From NCBI RefSeq assembly GCF_006345805.1, contig NC_042997.1:43462001-43526000 (forward strand): a DNA stretch of 64,000 bases, written 5' to 3'. Below are positions 12,346-57,156 of the stretch, in pieces; positions within the stretch are counted from its first letter, which is position 1; every line of letters starts with the position of its first letter. The notes under the pieces are model-generated. The model did no database searches, had not been told where the DNA came from, and worked only from the letters and a program-made list of their open reading frames with translations. This DNA comes from Octopus sinensis. Taxonomy: Eukaryota. A program made the translations under genes and the position numbers.

Positions 12346-12586
12346 ACAAATTTACAGGATCAAATTTTGTCATCCTTTTTAACATGATTATCTTCAAATT
12401 CATGAAATGTCAAGTTGGTATTACAAGAGTATGAAATATGGATCATTTTTACGGTGGCAGCCATTAAGCCGAATGACACCTGTCTGGGATTAAATTTCTA
12501 CCACTTCTGAATTTTTAATCTTATACCTTTTACAGGAAGAATCTCTTCCAATTTCTTTTCAGACTCTACATGGTATTGATGCAATG

Positions 12587-12957
12587 TGGAGGCGCAATGG
12601 CCCAGTGGTTAGGGCAGCGGACTCGCGGTCATAGGATCACGGTTTCGATTCCCAGACCGGGCGTTGTGAGTGTTTATTGAGCGAAAACACCTAAAAGCTC
12701 CACGAGGCTCCGGCAGGGGATGGTGGCGAACCCTGCTGTACTCTTTCACCACAACTTTCTCTCACTCTTACTTCCTGTTTCTGTTGTACCTGTATTTCAA
12801 AGGGCCGGCCTCGTCACTCTCTGTGTCACGCTGAATATCCCCGAGAACTACGTTAAGGGTACACGTGTCTGTGGAGTGCTCAGCCACTTACACGTTAATT
12901 TCACGAGCAGGCTGTTCCGTTGATTCGGATCAATCGGAACCGACAGAGTGCTTCCAC
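12587..12957 (+). mobile_element. tRNA-derived SINE (family A), full length
   Basis: A box TGGCCCAGTGG, B box GGTTTCGATTCC, 12-bp TSD ATTGATGCAATG (12575-12586 and 12958-12969). Confidence 0.9.
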
Positions 12958-13310
12958 ATTGATGCAATGGGACTCAATACAATACCAGTCTGTGATCTTT
13001 GTCTGGACCCCTTGACCAATATTGAGATTATCAATTTATGTTAGTTAGTTAATTTTTTGGCTCAAAAAGCAAGGCCATGTGTGTGTATATGTAGTAATAA
13101 TAATAATAATGGATGGGATTGATATTTTAACGCATTGCTACACACATTTCCACAAATCCCGTTTCTTAAAATCATGGTCTGTATTCCTGGGATGATTCCT
13201 GTACAGTCCATGGATATTGGCTAGATCATACTTATGTGTTCATTTCTTCAGGCAATATCATTAGGCTATAGCTGGTATCATAAAATAGCAGCTTTTATAT
13301 ACATTATATA

Positions 13311-13678
13311 CTCCTTTACTTGTTTCAGTCATTTGACTGTGGCCATGCTGGAGCACCACCTTTAGTCGAGCAAATCGGCCCCAGGACTTATTCTTTGTAA
13401 GCCCAGTACTTATTCTATCGGTCTCTTTTGCCAAACCGCTAAGTGACGGGGACGTAAACACACTAGCATCGATTGTCAAGCAATGCTAGGGGGACAAACA
13501 CACACACATACATATATACGACAGGCTTCTTTCAGTTTCCGTCAACCAAATCCACTCACAAGGCATTGGTCAGCCTGGGGCTATAGCAGAAGACACTTGC
13601 CCAAGATGCCACGCAGTGGGACTGAACCCGGAACCATGTGGCTGGTTAGCAAGCTACTTACCACACAGCCACTCCTGC
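13311..13678 (-). mobile_element. SINE family B
   Basis: Near-identical to the 8545-8920 copy. Confidence 0.85.
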
Positions 13679-14626
13679 ATATATACAAAAATGCAGCAAG
13701 TGGATTTGGTAGTCCCTCTTTCAATCCATGCTGTTACCTAAAAATGTACATTAAGATGTACATTTATGATATACAAAAACAAAGATCTTCTAATTAGGAA
13801 TCACACCTGTCAGTCCAAAACAGGGGTTTATATGAAATTTATGTGCAACAAACTGGTTATATTTCTACAGAATATTTAAATATTTTTATACAATTCCTAA
13901 TATTTAATCATGGGGTCTGGGAAGCCAGAAGGCTGCACCAGGCCCAGTCTGATCTGGTAGTGCATCCAGCCGTAGAAACACTGCCCCATCAGACTGGGCC
14001 TGGTGCAGCGTTCGGGCTTCCCAGGCCCCAGTTGAACCGTCCAACCCATGCTAGCATGGAATGCGGACGTTAAACGATGATGATGATGATGATGAAAAAT
14101 ATAATAGCTTTCAGATATCGAATGGCTATGAAGGTCTCACTGAGTAAAATAGGAACCAAAGGGGTTCGTAGACAAAAAAATGTTGTGAATCGCTGCTCTA
14201 GAAGATATTAACTTCCCATTCAGTATAAAATAATTTGGTAAGTAATGTTAATTTCCAAGAGAAATTGAGCAATAAACTCAACAGAGAAAGCAGAAGATGT
14301 TGCTGTTTAATTTCAGATCAAGCATGGGATTTAACTGTTATTTCTAACAGAAGGAAAACGTGAGATGAAGTATTGACAGACGATCTCAAGACATTAAGCC
14401 TTATGACTAAGATATCTGGCACAAGACTCGTTTGCCACAGTAGAATTGACACCAGAGTTGGTGCCACAAAAAAAGCACCCAGTACACTCTGTGGGGGTAG
14501 TTAATATTAGGAAGGGCATACAATTGTAGATACCATGCCAGAACAGACAATCAAGCATCATGTGGTCCATGGCCTTACCAGCCCTGGTCAAACCATGCCA
14601 TCATGGAAAATGGATGTTAAATGATG

Positions 14627-15568
14627 AATGACCAGAGAGAGGCTTCTTCATTGGATGATGAATGCATTCTTACAAAGACTCTGAAGAGCAATGAAGAACT
14701 TGAGTCTCTTGCTGTTGCAGAAGATTTGTCTGATATTGACCGAACTGTTTATATTTTACAATGTGCCCGAAATGAATCCCAACAACTCAGTGTAGTTAAT
14801 TTACCTGACCTTTTGAAATCTGGTAGTACAGAATGACTAGAAAAAGTGGTGCCTCGAATACAAGAGGTTTTGAACTATGCCCACCCAAGCAGACATACAA
14901 CGGGCTGCATTTCTCCAAATATTACAGAAAGAACAAGTTGCAGTGGAAGCACTCCGTCGGTTCCGACGACGAGGGTTCCGGTTGATCCGAATCAACGGAA
15001 CAGCCTGCTCGTGAAATTAACGTGCAAGTGGCTGAGCACTCCACAGACATGTGCACCCTTAACGTAGTTCTCAGGGATATTCAGCGTGACACAGAGAGTG
15101 ACAAGGCCGGCCCCTTGAAATACAGGTACAACAGAAACAGGAAGTAAGAGTGAGAGAAAGCTGTGGTGAAAGAGTACAGCAGGGATCACCACCATCCCCT
15201 GCCGGAGCCTCGTGGAGCTTTAGGTGTTTTCGCTCAATAAACACACACAACGCCCGGTCTGGGAATTGAAACCGCGAGTCCGCTGCCCTAACCACTGGGC
15301 CATTGTGCCTCCACAAGTTGCAGTACAGAACTATGTACAAACGTTTTTACAAACCATTCCTACTGGCATCGATAACAAAAATCCAGATATATCAAATGCA
15401 TGGCTTGGAACCTTACCTGATGTTATTGATCTATTACCTAAAACAGATATCCAAAAAGAAATCTGAACAGCTGCTGTAGCAAAGGCTCAGTCATCCCAAT
15501 CAGTAGAAGCCAGGCTGCCATGTTGTCAAATATTAGGAAAAATAGCCACTAAGTTTGACCGGTTTGGA
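14627..15568 (+). pseudogene. PPP4R4: Partial processed pseudogene of protein phosphatase 4 regulatory subunit 4 (N-terminal HEAT region)
   Basis: Translation LKSNEELESLAVAEDLSDIDRTVYIL...VVPRIQEVL...AAFLQILQKEQVAVQNYVQTFL...SNAWLGTLPDVIDLLPK...KAQSSQSVEARLPCCQILGKIATKFD matches PPP4R4 as I recall it. It is intronless, with in-frame TGA at 14834-14836 and 15464-15466, a frameshift near 14885 and a SINE insertion at 14945-15312. Confidence 0.88.
14945..15312 (-). mobile_element. tRNA-derived SINE (family A) inserted in the PPP4R4 pseudogene
   Basis: Reverse complement of the 12587 element. TSD ACAAGTTGCAGT (14933-14944 and 15313-15324). Confidence 0.92.
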
Positions 15569-18500
15569 GCTTGGTGCAGCTCTCTGGCTCACTAGCTCCA
15601 GTCAAACTGTCTAATTAATGCCAGCCTGGAAAAGACATTAAATAATGATGACAAATACATACACTCACATGTGTGTTAATGTCGTTCCCCTGTTCTTTCA
15701 TTAACACCATTTATACTAAAATTGGTGATGCTTAGTCTTCAGTAAACAACAGTCCAGTAAATTCCAAGGTATCATTGGTCTCGGTGTGTGTGAATACCAA
15801 TGGTATGAACATACCTTATTTGAATAAGTAAAGATTGATGAATGAAGTGTATGCAGCAATAGAAAAATCTTCAACAGGTTTTGTTTAACCAATGCTGGCA
15901 TAGAAACAAACTGGGAAAGAAAGAAGAAAAAATCGTGACATAGACAAAACGAAAGAATAAAAAGGATGAAGTCACTCAGATATAGTTATTAAAAGACCTT
16001 GCATTTTTTGTTGTTGTAGTTGTTATTTTTATTTTATTGAATTTTTTTTTGTAATAACTTGTGGTTTTAATTGAAAGCCTTATAAGGTAACAGCTTTTGC
16101 AACAGATATAAATTTGCAGTTTATAAAGAGTTAAGTCAATAAATAAAGTTATTGCTTGTGAGTAGCAATAAATGAGTGATGTGAAAAAAGGAAAAGATGA
16201 AAACTATATTACACACTCTCCTAAATTTACATCAATGCTTACATACACTAACATTCATTGTGTGGTACATACACTATGTCAGACTAACAGGCTTTCACCC
16301 ATCAAGTGGTAACTTCACTGAAGTAAATAATTTATGTACATTGGTTTATCCAAAATTTCCACAGTGTCTCCAGAAAGTTTTAAAAGTCACAACCAACAGC
16401 AGTAACTGTTATGAGAAAGAGAGGGCAGTGAAAAAAAAAAAGTGGAAGAGAGATGACAAAAGGTTGAGGGGAAGAGAGATGGGACAAAGAAGTGGGTAAA
16501 GAAACACAAAGAGAAAACGGAGTTGGAAGTAAAATAAAAAGAGAGAAAAGAGAAACAGTCGGATAGTAATAAAGACAATAACTAATATATATATATATAT
16601 ATATATATTGAAAAGGAGGAAAATAGGAGATAAAAAGGAGAAGAGGGATGGAAGAGAAGTGAGGTGGGGTTGAGAGCAATATTGTTAACATGTTTGGTTG
16701 TTGTTGTGGCATAGCCCTGACAGAACCATGCAAGAAAGAGGGGAGTAGGACAGCTGACCACCACCACCAAACAGATAAGTAGTTATAGCAGACTGTCACG
16801 GTACATCCAGTTGTTTGTTGTTATGGCAGTGGCCCCTTGGTCCAGCAGACAGCATTTGTACCTGTTATGTGTAGCCTTCAGTCAGCCCCGACTGAGTTGA
16901 CCTATGATCAAAGACTCTCCAGGTTTGAAAACCTAATTCCCCCACCCCACCAAGTGTATCTAGGACTACATTCTCCAATGTGTCCCTCCGGTTTTTTTCC
17001 TTTTTTTTTTAAAGACAGTAGGGTATGATTTGAAAGAGATATGACTGCTACTTCCGGCAGGTATATCACTAAAGAAAAGGCTCCAAGTTGTTTACTGAAT
17101 GGTTGGGGGGGGGGGAAGCCCTTGTTAGACTTGATAGGTATCTCTCATGACAATTCTGAGGTGTGTATGTGAGAGAAACCACCTGCCAAAAAAAAAAAAA
17201 AAAAAAAAAAAAAAACTAATAACAAATAATATCAAATATGATGACATGATAATTCGATTACTCAATGATAATGTCCCTAGGTTTTGGGTGATAGAAAATT
17301 TCAAATTTCTAATTGCCTTGATATATTTCCAAAGCCTTACATACAATCAAAGACTTGAGGAAATGCCAGTCTTCAGCTGACCTGCCTAACCTCACCAAAG
17401 GGGAAACAACTCAACGTATTTTGGATGAAGTTTTCATTCCATCAAAATGGTAGGATAGCTTCTTATGTAAAAGGTTCAAAAAGGGGACTGTCACCATAGA
17501 CCCATAACTAAGTCAGTCAGCTCGGGTTATAAGGGAAGAGCTATTGAAGAGGTTACAAATCAATGCACTTCCAAAGAAAATATGCTGGCAGTATTAAAAT
17601 AGACTTACAACCCATCTTACTTGCTTCTTTGCTAGGTCTTGTTGGATCAAAGATTTGGTTTATTTATAGCAACTAAGAAGGGAAACCTATGAATAGCTAC
17701 AATTTTGAGTCCCTAAACCTTCAGGCTCAAAATGTGTGTTTAGAACTTCTCCAACTCAACCAGGACTGTTCTTAATAAAGAATTTCAAAAATTGTTATGA
17801 ACTTGGGTTCAGGGGTTGCCAGGACAGCAGTATTCTAATTTAAAACTCTATCTGTTGGAGCTTTAAATTAGCACAGAAAATTGATATGGCATCAAATATA
17901 TAAAGATAACATCTGGATTTATTTAAGGATGAGCAATGATGGAGCTTGAGAGAGTTATGGTCCTCCAATTATCTTTAGAGCATTGATGATCATAACAAAA
18001 TGAGCATCCCATTTGCACTTCCATCCTGGCATTACCCTGGTGCACAAGGCCCTCAATCTATACTCATTTATGAGCACAAATGATTAGTTGATTCCAGTGG
18101 TTGGCTACCTGGACAAGAAGATTATAACACAGAATGAATCAACAAAAGAGGTAAACAGATTACTTTTAGCACCCGGGAGACATGAAACAATTTGAGATTT
18201 GTGGCACTAGTGAATCAATGAAAGAGTTTCTATATAAATGTGTAAGCTGTTAGATTTAACAACCAAACACCCCTCAAATCACACCTTGCTATCTTAAACA
18301 AAAAAAAGAAAGGACTTATAAAATAACACTGTATGCATTATATCTAAAATAAAGACTAGATATTCAAAACTGGAATGTTTTCAACGATAGGTCTGTTTGA
18401 TCAGGTTTTGATATTGGGTTACAGACCAAGCACAGCAAACTGTCTGTAATTGTTGGTAGTTGCTGTGACAGCAGCTATGGTTCTGCTTGACTTTGCTCAA

Positions 18501-18918
18501 GCAAAAACCTGTTACGGCAGTCTTATCAGCACATCCAGATGTGTTGTAGGTAGGAAAGGGGTGTGAGTGTGTATGGTGGGGAAAGAGCACTCCACCCCGC
18601 CCTCCCACCCGTTCAGTTCAACTGGCTTGTGTTCTATAACAGAAGACTATTAACACTCCCAGTTGTCACCGTGGAGCCAGCCTTGACCAGACCTGTTATG
18701 TTACACGTTCAACACTTCTAGTTGAGCAGCAGTGCAGCAGCAGAAAGGTTTGCTGTTGATTCTCTCCATCACACACCAATGGCAATGCTTTGCAGTTCCC
18801 ATGAGACAGTGAAATGAAACACTTCAGAGTCAACAATGGTGCTTTCTCTGCAGCAGAAGAACAACAACAAAACAATCTCAGCAATCAGGAACAGTTCAGT
18901 CGATGAGGCCATCATCAC

Positions 18919-50126
<31,208 letters not shown>

Positions 50127-50619
50127 TTATATCTATAATATATATATAGATGTCTATGTTTGTCACACTCTCTGCATAGACACATCAACACGATCGGTGT
50201 AGATATCCCAGAAATGTGTCACATAATTGAACATTCCGTCGAAAAGCATCCATACGGCGCGACACCAAAGTCGATTAGTGTAAAAAATTTTCTCAAATAC
50301 TTAAAACTCCTTTCACTTCCATTCAGCAAAGTTGTTCGACTGTTGTTATGTCACACTCGTTTTAAAAATCCCGAACGATTCCGTGTAAATGTAAAACAAT
50401 AAACGGTAGCGGACAAAAGGTTTTCATTGTTATCCGTTTTTTCACACAAGTAGAGCAAAGCGCGAAGTCGGTTGAGAAGGGAGAAGAGAGACGAGAGCGA
50501 AGAGCGAATCGCCTCCTCACGCAACGGCCAGGAAGCTTCTATCTGTTACACGGCTTGACATGAATAACTAGCTTCGCGGCGGGGACAGGTTACCTTTTAA
50601 ATATAGTCCATGTTCAAAC

Positions 50620-50707
50620 TATATACATACATGTATATATAGAGTTGTGTGTGTGTGTGTGCGTGCGCGTGTATATATATATTATATATATATATATATA
50701 TATGTGA

Positions 50708-50742
<35 letters not shown>

Positions 50743-50787
50743 ATATATATATATATATAATATACATATATATATATACATATATAC

Positions 50788-50818
<31 letters not shown>

Positions 50819-51489
50819 CATATATACATATATATATATACATACATATATTGTATTTATATCTATTTATATGAGTATATAACTATATACATGTGTATGT
50901 ATTTATGTATGTATGTATATATATATAAATATACATATATGTATATTTATATATATATATATATATATAAATATACATATATGTATATTTATATATATAA
51001 ATATACATATATGTATATTTATATATATATATATAATATACATATATGTATATCCGTCTTTATACATCAGTAAGTCTTAATATATATGTATATATATATG
51101 TCTTTATACACACACATATATATATATACATACATATATGTATATCATATCTATGTTTTTACACACACACATAAGCAGACATAAATCGAGCGAATCCATA
51201 CATGTATTCAAACGCATCTATCTATTATATATATGGGTACATACCCGTATATGCATAGCACAATATATGCGGTTTTCATATAAATGTAATGTATGTATGT
51301 GTGTGCGTATGTATGTATGTATGTATGTATGTATGTATGTATGTATGTATGTATGTATGTATGTATGTATGTATGTATGTGAGAGTGTGACTCTGCGTGT
51401 ATGAGATAGATAGATAGAGAGAGAGAGAAAGAGAGAGAGAGAGAACGAAAGAAAGCAAGAGAGAGAGAGAGAGAACGAAAGAAAGCAAG

Positions 51490-51523
<34 letters not shown>

Positions 51524-51590
51524 ACGAAAGAAAGCAAGAGAGAGAGAGAGAGAACGAAAGAAAGCAAGAGAGAGAGAGAGAGAGGGGGGG
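50620..51590. repeat. (TA)n, (TATG)n and (GA)n microsatellite block
   Basis: Directly visible in the sequence. Confidence 0.92.
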
Positions 51591-52060
51591 ATATATATTT
51601 GTGAATACACGTGCACACATATCGACCAGCAGTTTTCTGATATCAGTTTCTGAAATTCTAAAGTTTACTGAGTGAATTTTTATTAGTGAAAGAGAAATTT
51701 AAATTAATGAGATGTAGTTTTGTTCACAGTGGAACAAATTCCCTATAATAAACCGGAGGAAAAATATGCGTTATGAAATATTATAAATATTTCATAAAAT
51801 ATTTTATGCTCATCTGAAAATATGATTTACTTGGCTTGTTCCTTTTCTTTTCTCAATTGTTTTCGTTTTGCTTATAAGTTCGAAAATATTACCTATTATA
51901 ATATATACATATAATATTTTATATTTATTCAGTGAAAAACCATAAAAATATAAACCAAGTTGAAGACTAGCGTAACCTAAATAGCGCGCGCGCACATGCA
52001 CGCATGCACACACAGATACACACACACACATGTTCGCTCTCTCTCTCTCTTTCTCTCTCA

Positions 52061-52091
<31 letters not shown>

Positions 52092-52655
52092 ACTCTCTCT
52101 CTGTCTCTCTCTCTCTCTCCACACACACACACGCAGTTCGCAGTAAACGCCCCTGAGACCAATAACCTAAATTATCCCCTTCGAAGCGTAGTTGAGCCTT
52201 GTAACCTAAATAATCCCCGTTTGAATGAATGGATGAATAAATAAATAATTAAAGAAACAAATAAATATCTCAAACGTTTTTTCAGCCTTGTAACCAAAAC
52301 AAATCTACAAGTGCCGTCCCTGCATTTATCGCTCATAATACGGATAGAAGTTGGTTTTAACTTGAAAAATTTCTGTCTTGGTTTCTTTATATTATCTTTT
52401 CGTTGTTTTTAAAGTCTTCAGTTCCAACTATCAATTTTATGATTTATAATTTAGTTTAAACGCTGAGGTAGCAGAAATGACAGATCATCGGAGAAACTCA
52501 CTACCGTGGGCTAATTGCTATTGTCTGTCTACTTTCTGAGTTCGAATCCTGCTCGAATCTACTGTGTTGTATATTCTTCCTTCAGGAGTTTAATAGATAA
52601 GTACTGGATAAATTCTGGTGTCTATTCAGTAAGCGATGTTTCATCTATTGCAAAT

Positions 52656-53049
52656 ACTAGCAGTATCGCCCGGCGTTGCTCGGGTTTGTTTCGACCCTTT
52701 AGAATTGGAATTTTTGAAAAGTAAAAATTGTGCATTATGTAGCTTGTTATTCTCTTTAAGTGAACATTTTTCTGGTTGAAATACACCGAAAAATAGCGAC
52801 ACAGCAGTCAAAAAATCGTAAAAAATAGGGATTTCCATAGAAAAAAAGCACCTTTTTGATGTAAATAAATTTTGGTGTTAACATGATGCGATTCGAATTT
52901 TTTCTTCTATGGAAGGAAGAGCAAGCCTTCTTCTATCATACTCTCAACTTTGGTCAACTTGCGCCGCAGGGTCTCGGAGGAGATAGTGTTAGTTGAAGGC
53001 TACCACACCTGCCATACACAGACAACTTCAGCTTTATATATAGAGAGAT
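52656..53049 (+). mobile_element. Helitron/Helentron-like non-autonomous element (HINE/Lep1-like layout)
   Basis: 5' ACTAGC, subterminal hairpin CCCGGCGTTGCTCGGG (52669-52684), and 3' end ACAGACAACTTCAGCTTTATATATAGAGAGAT. Confidence 0.65.
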
Positions 53050-54699
53050 TTGACCTTGTGCCTATAAGTTGTTTTTTTACCAAGGGAGCGAGAAATTATC
53101 TGCACAGAACCGCCTCACGATTCATTTGGCGCCATTTCACTTCAACTATGCTACTAATTCATTCCGGGTTAGGGAGACGGTCGCTTTTTCCATTTCTCTT
53201 TAATATATCCGTCCTCTTTGAGTGTTAAAAATCGATGTTATAAAATCAGCACTGCAAAACAACAGATACAGAATGTTTTAGAGAATCGAATTTAACCGGT
53301 TTCGATTTGATTCCAGGTTGGAAGCAATTCATTTCGTTTATGCCGTTAACATCCTTGAGAAAGGCTTCAACATCGCAACTTCTAATTTCCGTTCTCCCTG
53401 AAAATTTAAAGCATTGTACTTTATAAAAAATCTCTAACTAATAATTAAGTGCAGGATAATAAGCAAGCCGAGCCTGTAACCCAGTTTCTATTCCCGGGTA
53501 TAAGTCCTTAAGAAAAGCACAAGTGTCGAAGGAATACTATTTCCCACATCTCTGTAAACTGAGGCGACGAGTAAAACAAAAGAGTTTCTCCGTGGTCGTT
53601 CAAATTTGCTAGAAATAACAACTAAATCCCTATTAAATCACGCCCTATTATCTTAAAAAGAAATGATACATTGGATAATATAATGCCAAAAATAAAAGAC
53701 CGTACAGCGTAAGTTGGCTCGGTTCTGGGGAAATGGCAAACTTGCTAGCGCATCCGCCAAAATGCTTGCGGCTTTTAGTTTCAGCCTTTTACGTTTCGAG
53801 TTCGAACACTCTGTCATTTATCCTTTCCGTATCGATAAAACAAAGTACCAGGCAAGAGATGAGTCGTTTTATTATTCCCACAAACCGTCTCGGGGGTTAC
53901 TAGAATCAAAAGAGAAGATAGAAGACAAACAGTTGGGCCGACCTTAGTAAAATAATAAAAGCAACCTAACATTTCATGCCTGTATGGAATTTGAATGATC
54001 TGAATCAGTTTCAATGGAACGAGAAGCTAAGAGCGGTACTTTTCGTACCACTCTTAAACGTTTCAGTTTTAAAGTTTGACATTAAGCAGAGTGTGATAGT
54101 AAGTGGAAGGTGATTAAAAGTTAAGAAAGAAAAGACCCAGTAACTCAAAAAGATGATATTTTAAGAGGTGTATGCTGTGTAGATGTCGCTTTTTAAAGAG
54201 AAGCCAACGAAAGACCCTCTTCAAGAAGCGACATAATATGCTTGCTGGCAAGTCGAATTATCTCTCATTATCGATCTAATGTAGTGTACAAAAACAACAC
54301 TTCCAGAATTCGCAATTTCCTGAACGGAATGCTGCGGAACTATCTTCTTATCTAATCTCTTTAACCTAGACTTGTTATTTTCAGCCTTATTTGGCTATAG
54401 CTCTTTTAGGAACTCTTCTCAGGTTCCTGGGGCGAAATAGAGTCGTAATTTTTTTCCTTTGATCTCTTAGAAATATATCAAGGTCCCTCCAAACGACTGA
54501 TCTGGACGACCCTCTCATACTTCCCCAAAGCCTATACTCAATCTTATTACGTAGGTACCGTTACACTCACATCGTCCAATAATTCTCCAGATAGTTATAC
54601 GTCTACATCAACTCTACGTAAAACCTATAGAAATCTGGCACCAAAAAACAATAGATTTAAGCAGAACTTACTTGAGCCATTGTCTTGCTTCGTACCAAC

Positions 54700-56000
54700 G
54701 ATACCAAAGAACATCAAATGCTACCAACCATCACAGTAACATAAAAATATCATACACCTAGAAGACAAAAAACTACAAAGATGCTTATATAAATTTTCGT
54801 AACATTCTAGCAAGTTAACGATACAGCAAAGGAATAAAACGACTCGAAGTATTCAGGGGTCACTCGTGAGCAGGCACTTCGCATCATCGCAGTCTGTACA
54901 TTGACCACATACGCCACGAAACGAAATGTAATATCAAACGAGCATGCAAAGAGCGTAGTTATTTTTTCCTACAGCAAATTCCATCAGTCCATACTACTTC
55001 TTAAAAACAAATCACCGCCAAATGCCCAGTGATGTATAAAACACCAAATGATACCACAACAGCATCCAAAAGCAAAATTCAGTCGCTCCAATTCAACTAT
55101 ATAAAAATACTTGTAAAGAGAAAGAGCTGCAGTATGTATAAACTTATGATTCCATGGACTCTGCTGCAATGAACAGGACCAATAATACTGGTTAACAAAA
55201 GCAACATTTTTCATCGAAGATGGAATTAGTCTGTATGCGCGCTGACGCTTGTTCCAAAATCTCTCTTAGGTTGTTCTGTTGTATGGCAGCTGAAGTAATG
55301 CAATAGTAGAAAAATGTTTTATCTATCAATGATTGAAAGTAGTTGAAGAAAGCTTCGAGTGGAGACTGTCGTTGAAATTGCAAGGGTGCTGAATGAATTA
55401 TTCTTCGAGAGGGCTAGGAGTATGAGGTGCTGGGGGATAACAGTGCTGTATTTTATTCAGAATCGCTAAGGATGCTGGACAGATGAAAGTTCAAACGCAT
55501 CTTTAGAGTCCCATGTGGACTTTGCTGGAATAGAAAAACAGAAAGACACTATCGAACGATCAAGGTCATGGTCAAAAGGGAGCATGTTGCTTCGATACAG
55601 CAGTATTTTGGTATTACAAGTCACTTGGGCCAAGCAGGTGTACTCTTGCATGAGTGGAGATATCTGACTGAGCACAGTACTGAATGAGAGTTACAGAAGA
55701 GAAAGACCCCCATCTGTCTAGACTGGGCACGGGTTTTGGGTGAAATCCCTTGATACCTGCACTGTGTATCGAGGGAAGTCAAGCGAGGAAAAAGTAAGGC
55801 AACAGATGTAAATTCCAGGAATAATATTTCAGTTGAAGGCATACTACCTCAAAGAACAACATCGTAGCTCCATGAAGGTCGCAGAAGGAGCAGGATCTGC
55901 CTTGATGAACGAGCCACTATGAAATGCTGTGAGACGGAATTAAGCTGGATTTTTCGATTGTTGAAGTGAAGGCTCGAGTTAAGTTTTATTTCGTAGGTAA
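54700..56000 (-). mobile_element. Highly degraded L1/Tx1-like reverse transcriptase remnant
   Basis: Broken minus-strand frames with motif-like remnants in RT order (VALLF..., ISPL..., LEQASARIQ..., WAFGGDL). The match is by eye only and weak. Confidence 0.35.
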
Positions 56001-57156
56001 AATTTTTTTAGCTTGCTCTTAATATGACAGCAAGCTAACAAAAGAATCTTTAAATTAGAGAGGCGTGTGATGTGATGGACATAACCCTAGAAGAGTGAAA
56101 GGTACGCAGCATTGGTGAAGGAAGAGAGCCGGCTTAATATTTTTTTATGATTATTGGAATTGAATGTCTCTACATGCTTTGCGTTAGAACGAGTTTTAAA
56201 CAGATTATTTATTTTTCTTAGTGAGCACCCTAGTACTCTTTGGAGTAAAACGACACTAACCGAGACGAAGCCACAGTAGTTTGTTATTCGTCTCTTCTCC
56301 CACGTTGATTTAAATAACATTTTATGCAAAATTTATTCAAAGCTTGGCTCGAAACACACAGCGTACTCTTCATTAATTCAAACATAATTAATACTGTTTT
56401 TATATCAGAGATTCAGTTAGACAATATGTAATGGAAAAACCTACATCACAAAAGTATTCATGACACAAAAGTGTCATGTATACGATTTTCTATTATAAAC
56501 TTCGTGTGGGTCGTCACGGTATTATATACAGCAATAATCAACCTTTCCTCATTCCAAAATCCCTCGAAACTTGTTTTCATTGCATTAGTAACTTTATGGG
56601 ACAATCTCTTTGTTCATTGCATACCGTACCAACATTTTCTGAAAAGAAATCTGGATGAGAAATTTAGGAAGTATATTCTTAATCATATCCGACAACCAAT
56701 TTCCTTATAAGCATTAACGAGGTTCTTAGACCCAACTATATGTGTAAGGTACTTAAAATTCCACAGAAAGTTTTCGCATAATCTTTTGAAGTCATCAGAA
56801 CTTCTAATTTCAGAATACTGAGGGGTTTGTTCAAATTCGATATCTTTTAAAATTTCTCTGATTTACTGCCCCTTAAAACATTGCTCCATTTAACTTTTCT
56901 GCATTCACTTTGATTAATTTACTTTGAAAGAAATTGAAATCCTTTTGAATTGGTTTTACCCACTGCTTCCACAATTTTTTCCTCAAACCGACTTTAATAT
57001 GAAGAAGTGGGAGAAATATTTCTTTGGTATCAACTAAAGTTTACATTGCACACTGTTCATTTCTAGGATAATTGTCCAACGTAAATGACCTTAATGGCCA
57101 TTCACGTTGTGATTCGTAGTAGCATGACTGTCCCAAATGCATTTGTAACAATTATG

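Noticed and set aside
12587-12660. tRNA-like sequences with A and B boxes (also in SINE family B heads)
   Set aside because: These are SINE heads continuous with the SINE body and TSDs. I could not fold a complete cloverleaf.
14621-14836. Functional short PPP4R4 gene
   Set aside because: Two stops, a frameshift and a SINE insertion. The ATG comes from the adjacent repeat tail.
50460-50600. Possible divergent + strand first exon (bidirectional promoter)
   Set aside because: Weak donor (GTTACC) and no downstream coding exons recognised in 50.6-64 kb.
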